Source of the DNA: the human T2T-CHM13v2.0 reference genome, Homo sapiens | Assembly: GCF_009914755.1 (NCBI RefSeq) | Contig: NC_060927.1 | Reading direction: 5' to 3' (one strand) | DNA length: 64,000 nt | Shown here: piece after piece, positions 27,483 to 40,860 of the stretch | How positions within the stretch are numbered: the stretch's first letter is position 1 | How the letters are laid out: each line of letters opens with the position of its first letter | Notes under the pieces: generated by a model | Told to the model about the DNA's origin: nothing | What the model saw: the letters and a program-made list of their open reading frames with translations, nothing else | Databases searched by the model: none | Made by a program: the position numbers and the translations under genes

Positions 27483-29328
27483 CCAGTCAGATGCCTTACA
27501 ATTTCTGTCAGCTTTTGATTGTTCTCCAGTGCCTTCAAATAGTTTTTATTTTATATTTTCCCAGAGTTTATTATTGTTATCTAGGGAAAGATTATTGCAA
27601 TCCAAGCTAACTTATCATCATTGGAGCTCCAACTCTCACAAATTCATAACTTTTGAAAGCAATTTATTTTCAGACATGCCAAACTGTTAGAAATTTTTTT
27701 TATTAAACTAAATGTACATGTATCCTTTATCCCAAAAGAGAATATTTTTCTTACTTATTTAATATAATAACGCTGTAAATTGTTGTAAATAGCTATTAAC
27801 TTTTCCTTAAGTATTTTCTTCCTAAGACCAAACAGCCTTATTTCCTTTTGCTGTCTCTATTTGTCATTATTGCAGATCCCTTACATTAAGACTACCTTCC
27901 TTAGGTTTATTCATTGCCTTCTAATATTTGATCTGATGTTTAGATAATACAATAATATATCAATAGGTCTCTATTAATGAGGCCTAATTGCATTAGTTTT
28001 ATTGGCATATTATTTACTCCTAGTATTATAAGTAATACTATATTTGTGGTTCATTAAACCGTAACATTATTACCTTAGAGTCAGTCTTTTCATTGTGTAC
28101 TAGAAAGAATATTATCATTGTTAATATCTGATAGATGAGCTTTTATTTCCTGAGCTCAATTCTTTAGTCCAATAAGTTCTATATGCAAAGGATAAGAGAT
28201 ATGGAAACCAAATAATTTTAATAAAAAAGTAGGCAAACGTGTTAAGAAATGAGCCCACGGCTGATGTTGTGGGTGGAGGTAGAGGAGTATAGTGAGAGAA
28301 AGGCTCTTTCTAGCACCTGAAGTAATGGCTTGGTGGTTTTACCAGTAAACAATATAAAGCAAATTGTCCACTGTTTTCAATACTACCCTGATGATTTTTT
28401 GATTTAAAGTGCTTCATTGGTTTCACAATTTTTATACCTTTTCACATAGGCCAAGATGATAAATAAATTTGCCCTCTGACCAATCAGTGTGAGAAAAATA
28501 TTTGAAAAATGGGAAACATTTCTATTTGTGTGCAGCATTAGATAGGAACGGGACACCAGCAACAATGTGTTTCAGGATATAGTTTCTCATTATCAGATGC
28601 TCTTCACAGATGGATTTGACATAAATGTTATGGGAGTTAAGAACACAATCAGATGAGCCATGTTTAGGAGGCTCTCATCTAACCAGCTTTTTAAAACTGC
28701 AGATATGGTTATTGTGTGGACAGCTGATTTTTGATTTTAGAAATAGAAACTCACACTGTGCCTATATAATTTTATCTTCCTTATTAAGCCCATTTGGCTT
28801 CTCAGCCTTGTGACTAAAATCAGATGTAGCATATTAAGGTTAATAATTGAATCTGTATTATGTTTACCTATCATGTTAGCCATTTTCTTAGATTTTGTCA
28901 CATGGAATTTGATAATCTTTTTCTTTATGTCTAAATTTATGTCACTGAAACAAATGTTGGGTTAGATAAAGAATCTAATAGGTCATTTCTGAGATTAACC
29001 TCTAGGATGACAGAAATTCAGTAATCAATACCTTCTGTAATTGTTCAACCAGCTAAAAATCCATTTAGACTTTCCTTTTACATAATCCACATTTTAAAAT
29101 GTCTTGCTCACAGCAATGAATATTAAAATCTCTGCTTAATGTGTTAAAAACAGTGTTTATTATGACATGCTCATGATCTCTCTACTCCACCAGTCAGGAG
29201 GGAAGGGGAAATGAGTCCATTTTATAAGATTTGATTGAGAACACAATACTGCCTTTGTTAAATGCTCAAATGCTATTATTTACAACTTCTGTACTATAAA
29301 TTTGCCTGAAACTGACATTACAATGCGT

Positions 29329-29765
29329 TGTTAGTTGAGTTGTGTCCCCCAAAAAGATATTTTGATATGATTTTATTTAGAAATTGTCTGTATAGATGTA
29401 ATCAAAATAAAAGAAAACCGATACCGTATTAGGGTGCACCCTAATCCAATAACTGTGGCCTTATAAGAAGAGAGAAATTTGGATACAGAGACAGACACAC
29501 AGAGAGAACCCATGTGACAATAAAGACAGAGATTAGAGTGATGCGTCTAGATAAGGAGCACCAAGGATTGCCAGCAACCACTAGAGTCTAAGAGAGAGGC
29601 ATGAAACAAATTCTTTCTGAGTCTGCAAGAAGGAAATAACCCTACCAACATATATATATATATTTTCAGTTTTCTGGCCTTCACAACTGAGAGAAAATAA
29701 AATTCCGTTGTTTTAAATGATCTCGTGTGTGGTAATTTTTTAAGGCAATACTAGGAAACTATTAC
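29329..29765 (+). mobile_element. MLT1B/C-like MaLR LTR
   Basis: TTGTGTCCCCCAAAAAGATAT...CCTAATCCAATAACTG...CCAAGGATTGCCAGCAACCAC...CTAGGAAACTATTACA. Confidence 0.8.
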
Positions 29766-31764
29766 AAAATGTGTGAGTGTTTCTGTGTGTAATTTCTACA
29801 AGTCAATATTTTCTTTTCTTGAAAATTGGGACACAATTTGCTTTTTACTAGTTTTCTGAATCTTCACACATTCTGTGATGTTGAAAAGAAAATTGAGAGT
29901 GATTTCAATACAATATTTTCATGATTTTTGTCCCCATGGCTATAGTTGATATGATTTTAAAAGCTTGAACTCATTTATGCTATCTGGGTCAAATTGACCT
30001 TGATACATGGAGTAGAAAGTGAGTTGCATCTCCAAGAACACAAGAATAAAGAATGTAAAAGAGCAACTGAAGTATTTGGGGGAACATACGGAACTTCTAT
30101 CAATTATCATTTAAATACATCGAGAAGCATATTTAGAAATGATTGCTTACAAATGGAAAAGGATCTTAAATCTTTCTGAAGTAAAATTGCTCTAAAAACA
30201 CAATGGTTAAATTTTGTTGGAAAAAACTTTATATATACTTACATATAGATATATACGCCATGCTTATATGTATGCATACACTAGATATGCTTACATGTGA
30301 TTACATAAGCATGGGGAAAAATGGAAGAACAAACTACTTTTATAAATATGGGTTATCTGGGGTGTGGCAGTAGTGGAAAGAGGAAAAAAATGAGAAAACT
30401 GTGGCTTGAGAGGATAAGTAACTTGACCCAACAAGTGATGGAGCTGAGATCTGAACCAAAGTCTGTATTGAATCTAAAGCTTACTGTCATAAACTTTGTT
30501 TAAAATGTTATGATATTCAATTCAATGTAGAAAGAGACAGTAAAACAATCTTTTTCAAAAGCGTGCTCTGTTCCTTGAAATTTAATTATAGGGTATCTCT
30601 TTTTTCCTTTCACAAAGCATATTAACCAACTTTTCTGTCTATTCATAGAGATATATTTAAATCTTACTTTTTAATTTAACAATATTTTATCTTAGGTATA
30701 CTTCAGACAGATTAATACAAATATATCTGTGAAATGTCTAAAACTATTTTAAATTTAGAGTATTTATACTTTACTAATGGCTAGGCCATGTGATCATTAC
30801 GTATTTATATATTTTTACAAAATCCTAAAATGGTTAATGCAGTTCAACAAAAATTTGAGGAACTAGAAAATTTTTGAGGCTGGCATTCCCAAAAGCAAAA
30901 ATGAGAAAAAGGAAATATTTCTTGAAGTCAGGCAAGTAATTTAACTATATATCGATGAAAAGAGTATTTTAAATTCAAATTTTGTACACGGCAGCCTCGT
31001 ATGTCACAATCTGCATAATTATTATAACATCAGGGCATTTAATTCAATAGTGTGAATGTTTAAGTTGTGATTAAAGACACACAAGTTTGCCATTGTCCTT
31101 AAATGTCGATAAATAACAAATTCTTTTTGTATAGTGTCTATATGCAAAGTGAATTATTTGCTGATTTAAAGAATTTTGGCTGAATCAGATCTACTGACAT
31201 TTTATGTATATATTTAGGAATGTGAGTTATTCGAGTATGTGTCAGTGATTTAAAATAATGAATGTTAAAAAATTTACTAAAGTCTTAAACATGTAATGAA
31301 AAGAGTCTATTTTTTCTACAAAATTGCTCAAGACTTCTGAAATACAAAGCTGATAATGTCACTTCCAGGTTAAAGTCTTTCATTTTTCAGGGAAGATTTT
31401 TCATTTTAAAGCCTACAGTTTTCAAGAAAACTCTTAATATGTATTGTAGAACATACAGCCCTAATTTTCTTGCATTTGCTTAATTTTTTTTTTTTGCTTC
31501 ACCATGTAGCACTTCCCTGTTTTCCATGTTCTAGTGATATGCTAGATACTATATCTATCTATCTATATACATATATCTGTATCTGTATCTATATAAATTC
31601 ACCATTGTATTATGTTGGTTCATGACACTGTGAGGTTTATGACTTCATAAATATTTTGCCACTGCTTTATCCTCATTTCTCCATCTGGCTACATTCCATT
31701 CATTCTCCCAGACTCATTTTAAATATCACCCACTTTGGGAATCCTTCCATGACCTCTCCATTCT

Positions 31765-32200
31765 GATTTACTGAGTACTTTGAGCTGGTTCTATACTAGG
31801 TGCTGGAGATTCAGTAGAAAATAAGACAGGGTTTCTGCCCTCCTAGAACTTACATTCTTGTCAGATCAGAGCCAATAAACAACGAAGTGGATTGCAAAAT
31901 AATTTTAGAGCATGAAAAGTAGTTTGGAAGTAATAAAGCAAGGTGATATGGAAGATGGTGAGGTGGGACTACATTACAAATAGTATTCAGGAAAGGCATC
32001 TTGGTCACTGGAGAAAGTAACATTCATGCCAAATGATTAGAAAAAAACAACTAGGCAAACATATGGTGTTTACTAGTATTCCAGAAATAGAGAACAACTA
32101 GCATAGAGATCCTGAGGGAGGAATATTGTATGCTGACAGAACAAAACAATACAAAACAAAACAAAAATAGGTGGTGCCGGAGCAGGAGAGAGAGTGGCAT
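31765..32200 (-). mobile_element. L2 3' fragment
   Basis: ATTTACTGAGTAC...CTAGGTGCTGGAGATTCAGTAG...AAGACAGG...CTGCCCTCCTAGAACTTACATTCT. Confidence 0.6.
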
Positions 32201-35200
32201 GAGAATAATATGTAGTTCATGAATTCATTTTATTTTTATTTCAACTCCTTTTATATGTTTCTCCATGCAACTCCTTGCCTAGCCCTTCCTAATTCTGTTG
32301 TATTTACCCATAAAACTAATTGCTGGCATAGGAATTCCCAAAGTGATATTACTTTCTGCAAATTACTTTTGTAATTGTGGCCTGTATATTTAAATTTAAA
32401 CTGGGTCTGGATATATAATGATTTATATTCAATATATATTTCAACTAGATATTTTCTGAAATGTTATTATTACACATAATAAGGCCATGATACAATTATA
32501 AGAGATGCAAATAATTTCAGCTGCATCCACAGGGTGTTTTGCAAGGAGGAACAATCTAGAACTAGAAACCTAACAAATTTGAATAAGGTTTGAAACTAAA
32601 TTTATACAGAGAAGAATATCAGCCAGTTTTCATAATTTGGAAAGCTAGTAAATTCTAGCTTTGGAGCTTAACATGATGAGGGGGTTGAAACACACATAAA
32701 AACAGCATTATGTTATTTCATTCAACAGATATTTTTAAAGTACTTATCTACCCTGAGCTATCTGTTTGGATTCCTTGGGAATAAAAATAAGGAACAAATA
32801 GTGAAATAAAGCATCCATTTGAAAGCACAAAACAACCCCAAAAACATGTTATTTACTTGCATCTGTAAAACGCAAAAGGAATAACATAAACTGACTCAGA
32901 AGCCTGTGGTCTCTGTCTTATATCTGTGAAGCCATGTGTAAAAGAAACTCTGGGGTGGGTACAGGTGACAGACATTCTCCTCATGACCTTAATGATGTAA
33001 TTACTGCCTACCTATCACAGGATGCTATTCACACTCATTAGCAGTCCCAGTATCTTATCTCTTCCATATTAATACTTTTTCACCTACCTATTAGGATGCA
33101 GAAATTGAAAAAATACTTTATAACTAGAAACAAAGAAATCCTTGACCTGTGAAAGGAAAACTAAAAAAGAGTTGTAATTACTGTTACCTGTCATTTCTCA
33201 GTAATACCTTAATCTTGCTACACTTTGGGTAGAGAAGGAAAGAGGAAGGGCAAGGAATGGAGGGTCAGAGTGAGACAGGGTAGCCTGAAGAATGTTTAAG
33301 TTTTTCCAGCTGTATATAGTTGTTAAGTGTCTACAGGGCTATGTTTACATAGAAATGTAATTATAGAACACAATTTTAGGAAAGCAAGTCTCATTGATGA
33401 GACTTAAGTTAGTGCATGGATGTATTAATTGGACTTTGTGAGAAAGACTTTGGAGGGAATAAAATATGATTTTACAGTGGAGCTGAGATAAGAAATGTAT
33501 ATTAATATAAAGAATTGAGATATTCTAATGCATGAGAAGTAAAACAATGCCACAAAAGCAGAAACACAACAGTTTAATAAAAGTAGATCCAAAATTGCTC
33601 ATGCTACTCAGCTCAGTTAGAATGGACTTCATCTGTCAGATGCATCAAAAGATAAAAACAAGGGCAGCAGGTTTAATGGAAAGAATAACAAATTGTGCAC
33701 CAGAAAGTCTGTACTGATTTTTTTCATTAACTTGGAAGAAGTTCGAGAAAAGCCAAGCATAGTGCCTGAGACATAACTAGCCCTAAATTATTTGCAGAAT
33801 TAAGGAATGAATCCAAGTAAAGAAGTAAGGAGGAGCAGCCATAGCTAAAATGGGACCTCTTGTTTGTGTAGAGTTTGCTATGAAATAAGCAACCAGGTTA
33901 CATTAATTTCAACTATATAAAGTATTCGAACTAAAAAGAACAGTAAGTGAATGGTACTACCTAAATTTTTTCTTAAATTTATTTCTTAAATTTTATGTAC
34001 TGTCTTGATAATATTTTTTAAAATTACAGTTATTACAAGTTTAAAAACAAACAAGCAAAAAAGGAATACAGAGATTCAAGTTTCTGTTTGAACCAAGACA
34101 AGCCATTGAATCTTCATTCTTATCTACTGTTGGCATAATAATGCCAACTGTAATGCTTCAAAGAATCTTTTTGATGATCAAAAGAGATAAGACTGAGTTC
34201 CATGAGAGTAGCAGTCTTTACTTCCGAATCCTCAAGGATTATTACAGTCCTGGCACAGTAGGTGATTAATAAGTACTTACTGTACATTGAGCAATTGAAT
34301 ACTTATTCAAATGAAGCTTTCTTAATAACTTTGTAAACAATACTTTTTTCTTTGATCTTTCTAGTTTGCCAGTTTGATTAATGATTTGTTTTACTTTTTC
34401 ATACCTGGCCATCATTTCTGAACTGATAGAAACAACAGTTTCTGCAAATTTTCACAAAACATTTCTCCCAATAGGAAAGCACATTAAAACATTCTTTGCT
34501 CTAAACTTTGAATACATTCTTCTTCTAGGCTATTTGTAAACAGTGAATCTAGAATGAAAGAATTATTCACCTTTTCAACAATGTGTTCTCTATCTCTTGA
34601 AGAAAAAAAATGAAAGTTTTGCAAATAATTATAAAGTTTCTGTAACATTAAATGGCATCAAAAGAAAAATTTCAGCTAATGGAGAGCAAGACAGAGTTAA
34701 GAGAGAGGGAAGAGAAAAATGAGATAAATGTGGTGATACAAACAATTAGGTTGAGGTAAATAGACACAATATTGGCAAAACCCAAAGGCTAAGGAGGGTA
34801 CACTGAAAGAACATTTTGGTCAGAGAAGTAAAATTTTGTATAACCATACTTGTTTAGTTCTAAACAAATCTTGGGATCTGAGTGAACAAATTTTGATTGC
34901 TATAATTATGGCAGATTACACAGAATTGATATATACTGTACAAAAACAACCAACCAATCTAGCAAACCAACAAGAAGTGCAAAAATAACACTTCAAGAAG
35001 AAAGCCACTAACTGTGACTCTGACTTCAAGGTATAACAAGTATGTATGACCACCTGCTAAGTAGGTACTAAGCATGAGTAAGTGTGTATCTGACCACCTG
35101 CTAAGCTACACAGGTGGTCAGAAACACAGTCACAGTGGGCCTCCACAGTGAATCCTGTGTGAATATAAGGAAAATGGACAACAGCATCTCAGAATGGAAG

Positions 35201-35959
35201 CATAGTGATATTTTATTATAGTTTGGATATTTCATTATCGTTTGGATTATATTATTTGGATTTCCTATACCTATGTTTACTCTGTGACCAAGAAAATTTC
35301 TGGACATAACAAGCACAATCTAAACTATGTGAAGATGCTTTTTACAAATATATTTCTTCCGCAACAGCAGATCTAGAAAGACAATAAGATAACAAAGCTG
35401 AGTGATATAGCTGCTTTTTTTTTAATTTGGACATTGAGAATTAAGTAACAAGTTAAATAAAGGTGGTTTACAGAAATAAAATTAAAAATAAATTATGTCA
35501 AAACCAGGATGAATATTCTAGCTATGAAATGTATGTAAAAATCTGGATCAAATGCCAGAAGAAAAATGCAAAAGCTCATCAAGAATGAGAAAAGCAATGC
35601 AAATTTGGCCCAGGGTTTGAAGGATGTGGGGGAAGGGAGCCAAAGAAGTTTTCAAGAAAATCTGACTAAATCAACACTTTGAAGATTGTACTTTTGATGA
35701 AAAAAAAAGATAAAAATTTCATAAATTCCTCATGTCTACTTTCCAATATAGAAGATTTATCAGTTTTTCCTACTTTAAAAATACAGATGGAGATGCTAGA
35801 AATATCATGTCATGAACATCTGGAAATGCTGATCCCATTTAGGAAGCAACTGTGGGCATTGATCTCTGATGGAAGAAGCCTGGGAAATATTTCAATTTCT
35901 TATACTCAATGTTGAAAAGCATGGAACTGACACTGCTATTAAACCCATGCCATTACATA

Positions 35960-36290
35960 TACACTCAGCCATCTGTATCCATGGGTTTCGCATCTGTGGA
36001 ATCAACCAATTTTGGGTTGAAAATATTCTTTTAAAAGATTGCATCTGTACTGAACATGGACAGACTTTCTTCTATTGTCATTATTCTCAAAACAATACAG
36101 TATAATAACTATTTACATAGCATTACATTGTATTTGGTATTATAAGTAATTTAGAGATGATTTAAAGTACACAGGAGGATGTGTGTACATTATGTGCAAA
36201 TACTATGCCATTGTACATAAAGGACTTGAGCATGTGTGAAACCTGGAGGAGGTTCTGGAACCAATTTTCCACGGATACCAAGGGTCTTTC
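35960..36290 (-). mobile_element. MER2 (Tigger-family) DNA transposon
   Basis: GTATCCATGGGTTTCGCATCTGTGGAATCAACC...AAGTAATTTAGAGATGATTTAAAGTA...GGAACCAATTTTCCACGGATACC. Confidence 0.85.
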
Positions 36291-37782
36291 GTATTTTAAC
36301 AGTGGAACTAAAGGCCTTTACCTTTTTTCCTCTTTTTAAAGATGACTCTGGTAAAAAAGAATTGTATTTCAAGAATATGCTATGAATTTCTTTTTGAACT
36401 ATCTCATCAAAATGTAAAATGGCATTAAACTGGTATATTTCTGCTTTTTTAAAATATGATTTGCTTTGCCATGTCTCTGGGTGACACTCATGATGTGTTC
36501 TAAAATTCTGGCAGACAAACTACATTAACCCAGAGTAATTTAATGGATAGATACTGAAATTGTCTTTCAAGCCCCACATTGCAAATGCACTTGGGGCTCA
36601 GCAACTATCTAGAAACATGGTTCTCAAAACTGGCTGTCCTGGAGACTAATGTGGCAAGATTTTGAAAAATACTAGTGTGTGAGTTCCATACTGAGAGATT
36701 CTGGTTTAATTGCTACAGCATGGGGCTCAAAAACAAAGGACTGGGTCCAGCTCTAGTATTTGGCAACAACCAAGTTAATTATCTCTCTCCATCTCTTACC
36801 TTTATATATTACATTTTTTATTGTTGTTGTTTGTTCATTAATTAAAGGCTGTTTTCTGCTTTGGATTTCACATCACAGAAAATAGTCCCTGAACCCATGA
36901 ACCAATTGACTGTGTATAGAAAAGATGATCATCTTGTAAAAGCATAAATGCTTTTGTAGTAATATGTAGACAAAGATATAGGGTATGGTAGATCACCAGT
37001 TTCCAGAAAAGGTTCAGAGAAGGTAATATTAGTGTTCAGTAATAGAGAAACTATCTTGAATCTTTAACTTCTTATGTTGACATGTGAAACAGAACACTTC
37101 AACAAAACTTCTCTAATTACATTTTTGATTTGATAGGTAAACTGAATTTTTACTAATGAAACTCTTATGTTTACTTTAAGCTGACTAAATTGTATTTATT
37201 ATTTTTAATGAATACATTTGTTTCTTCTGCTATGCACATACACCCACCACTCTGTGCCAGGCATTAGGCTCCTGATCCTGTTTGGCTGTTGAATAGCCTG
37301 ATGAAGGGCATGGGGAGGCAGTAGAGGAGTGGGGAGGAGGGGACGTGGGAGTGTTAGGTGATGGTAAAGAGACATGACTTTCTTTTCTGATGACCTGGTA
37401 CAGCATGGACCAAGCCCAAATCTTTTCTAAGTTCAAAGAGTGGACCTGCTGATTTTTAAGCAAGAATTTCATCAGCTTTGTTATTGATGTCTCTATGACT
37501 CTGAATCTAATCCCCTTCCACCCTATGTTCTTGAAACTAGTTCTTCTTTATTTTTCACCCATCATTACAAATGCAGTCAAGTTTGTATTTTTAAGGCTTC
37601 TGAAGGTACAACTTGTCTAGTTAGAAAAAATTAATAATTGGTTTTCTTTGCTACCACAAATACTTTGTCCTCTACATCTCTTCATTCATCCCGCTGCTAA
37701 TGGGCTTTGTCAAAGAAGAGAGGGCTTTAGCAGTATCCCTTTCACAATTGCAGCTTCCTGAGAACATTGGAAAAATACTCAC

Positions 37783-37904
37783 CTTGGCTTCAGTGTGGCC
37801 TATGCTGAGATATGGTAGCAGTAGTCATGTCCCAGGAGATTAGCACTCCCAGCAAGTCCCTACTTCTCAGAACAACTGGGTTTCGCTATGATGAACAGTA
37901 TGCA
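37783..37904 (-). other. Candidate 122-nt non-coding exon
   Basis: Minus-strand acceptor TTCTTTTTACCAG| and donor AAG|GTGAGT in unique sequence; stop codons in all three frames. Confidence 0.35.
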
Positions 37905-38050
37905 CTGGTAAAAAGAATCACAGCCCTTTGAAGATAACAACACTTTGAAACTTTGAGCAAGTTTGGCACACCTTCACTCTTTCCTCCCTCCATCAATTTT
38001 TACTTAAGAAACGTCAACTGTTTTTGAAGCATTTTTGTTTAAAAAGTCAG

Positions 38051-38423
38051 TGTTATTGACTTAATGTTTGTGTCCTTTCAACCCACCCAAATTCATATGT
38101 TGAAATTCTAACTCCCAATATGACGGTGTTAGGAGCTGGGGCCTTTGGGAGGTAATTAAGTCATGAGGGTGGAGCTGCACAAATGGGATTAGTGTCCTTA
38201 GAAGAAGAGACAAGAAAACTTCTTCTGCCTCTGTTCTCTGCCACGTGAGGACACAAAGAGAAGACAAGCATCTGTAAACCAAGAAGACGACCTTTGCCAA
38301 GAACCTGACCATGTTGAAACCCTGATCTTGGACTTCCAGCCTTAAGAGTTGTGAGAAATAAATGTTGGTTTTTTTAAACCTCTCAGTCTATGGTACTGTA
38401 TTATAGTAGTCCAGACTAAAACA
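38051..38423 (+). mobile_element. MLT1A-like MaLR LTR
   Basis: AATGTTTGTGTCC...CAAATTCATATGTTGAAATTCTAAC...GGCCTTTGGGAGGTAATTAAGTCATGAGGGTGGAG...GACTAAAACA. Confidence 0.85.
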
Positions 38424-38555
38424 GGTACCCGTCCCACCTTTCCCCCCAAAACAGGATAATTGCTCTCTTCCACAACTGGGATAGAAATAAACTGTATTAT
38501 CATGACAGTTTACAAAGAAGCAACTTTACTTCTTGATGAGAAAGACATCAGTCAC

Positions 38556-39001
38556 TGTATTAGTCAGGCTTCTCTAGAGGGACAGAATTAACAGGATATA
38601 TATATTTTATATATTATATATAAACGGGAGCTTACTAAGTATTAACTCACATGATCACAAGGTCCCACAATGAGCTGTCTGCAAGCTGAGGAGCAAGGAC
38701 AGCCAGTCCGAGTCCCAAACTGAAGAACTTGGAGTCCAATGTTTGAGAGCAGAAAGCATCCAGCACGGGAGAAAGATGTGGGCTAGGAGTCTAGGCCAGT
38801 CTAGCTTTTTCACATTTTTCTGCGTGCTTTATATTTGCTGGCAGCTGATTAGATGGTGCCCACCCAGATTAAGGGTGGGTCTGCCTTCCCCAGCCCACTG
38901 ACTCAAATGTTAATCTCCTTTGGCAACACCCTCACAGACACACCCAGGATCAGTACTTTGCATCCCTCAATTCAATCAAGTTGACAGTATTAACCATCGC
39001 A
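38556..39001 (-). mobile_element. MLT2A (HERV-L) solo LTR
   Basis: TGTATTAGTCAGGCTTCTCTAGAGGGACAGAA...TATTAACCATCGCA; TSD GTCAC / ATCAC. Confidence 0.9.
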
Positions 39002-39689
39002 ATCACTTTTTAGTGATCAGCATAATTAATATAGTCCAACCATTTGATATATACACACACATACTGATTTGGTATATCTTAAATTAAATTTCTAACTCTA
39101 TTTCTTAGCAAAACTGTCTTGGCACAGAAATAGTTGGGTAAATCTCACATGTTATTAAAAGTAATTAATGAAAACATTTTCATTTAGGTTTATTAAAAAA
39201 CAATAATTAATGATAACACACTGGCCTTTACAAACTCCTTTTGACATACTTATCTTTAATATTTATTAAGGCCAACATAAGTAAACAAATTTTATCAAGT
39301 AAAGATGTGTAAACATAAATTGTGAGAGGTTAAATAAGTTTATGAGCTTGTGGAATGTTGTTGAATGAATTTATGAATGTTGTTATAGAGATTCAACCTA
39401 CATATTCTGACTTTAAGTCCAGTTCCCTTTTCACTACATAATGTGATGTCCATTAAAAAGAACAACACCTTAAATAGGAAACTGCTAATGTTCATGCAAA
39501 ATAAACACAAATAAAAAAATAAAAATGAGTCCATTAGCTTCATGCCCAGTATGATTCAGCTATCTCATGCAGCTGATAAACAAATTGATGCCAACTTAAT
39601 CTATGTTAGTAAATGTCTAGTGTCCAAGAAAAGAAGCTCACATCTTTTTACTATATTCTGCAATGCTAAGAACGTGTCTGGAATATCAT

Positions 39690-40030
39690 TTAGTTCCTGG
39701 GCCTTGTCTTAAATGAAGTTGTAAAAAGTTAAAAATATCTTAAAGAATGGCCATTCTAGCAAGAGAGCATGTGGATATGGCTTCATTTGAAAAACAGCTG
39801 AAATGGGGGATATGGACGTGTTTAGCCCAGAAAAATAAAGATTTAGCAAGGAGGATGAGGGGGTTAGTTGTCATGAAGTACTTGAAGAACTATTCGAAAG
39901 TAACTTTGCATGTCAATGTGTCAGAGCTAAGAACAAGGAATGTAATTTTTAGGCGAGGACAACAGTTTCCATTTAATATACTACTTTCTAACTATTAGAA
40001 CTCTTCAGAAGCTTTAAAGGGCTACCTCAT
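39690..40030 (+). mobile_element. L3/CR1 LINE fragment
   Basis: GAAAAACAGCTGAAA...GTGTTTAGCCCAGAAAAATAAAGA...GTCATGAAGTACTTGAAG resembles the L3 3' ORF2 consensus. Confidence 0.55.
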
Positions 40031-40654
40031 GCAGACACAAAGTGCTCCTGTGAAATACGTTGTACAGAAGGCTCCAGACTGCATGGTTCCTACCCAGCCA
40101 TCAGCAATTTAACCAGAGAAGGGAAGAATGGAGGGGTTCAGTTTTTGGCGCAAGAGATCATACGCAATAGCGTAATCATGGAAAGAGCTTGTCTACAAAT
40201 CGTTATGATGATGTAGGTAAGTTATATCAATCATGAAATTTCACATTTGAGAGGCTGAGTACAGTACATTTACTCTCTTTCTCCCTCTTCTTTTTGAGTA
40301 GTTGAAATTAGTATAACACATTTCATTATTTCAAAATACCCTTTGGTGTTCAAGAGACAGACTAAAAGGCAGAGGTTTCAGTTAATGTCCTCAGTTTAGA
40401 AGCCACATCTTTAAGGCAGAGAGTGACCTGGAGCTAAAATTGTAACTCTTATCCTGCAGCATTCAGGTTAGAATAGACAGCTGTTCCTTCACAACTCTCT
40501 CTGCTGAAACCCTTATGATGCTGACTAAAGCACATTTTCAATTGCTCAACAGGTCAACTGGAACTGGGGATTTTGTAACATAGCTTTACATCTTTGCAAA
40601 GGCTTTATATTCTTTAGGTTGGATATTTTCACTCTTTGGGGTGGTTCTGTAAAC

Positions 40655-40860
40655 AGAGTAGATGTTAGGTCTCCTGGATTTGGAGTCAGACAAGACCAGC
40701 TCTTTCCCTTGACATGTGTGTGCCCCTGTATATGTCCTCTTCTGGAATAGTAAAATATCAGTAATGTTTACTACACTCAGTTGTTCTGAGAATGGAGATA
40801 ACCATATATATATGAAGAGTTTAGCACAATACATGGTAAATATTAAGTGCTGGAAAAATA
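40655..40860 (+). mobile_element. MIR SINE
   Basis: GGATTTGGAGTCAGACAAGACC...GAGTTTAGCACAATACATGG...TAAGTGCT. Confidence 0.6.

Noticed and set aside
35038-35106. Repeated TGACCACCTGCTAAG motif
   Set aside because: Only two short copies with no further structure; most likely a small local duplication.
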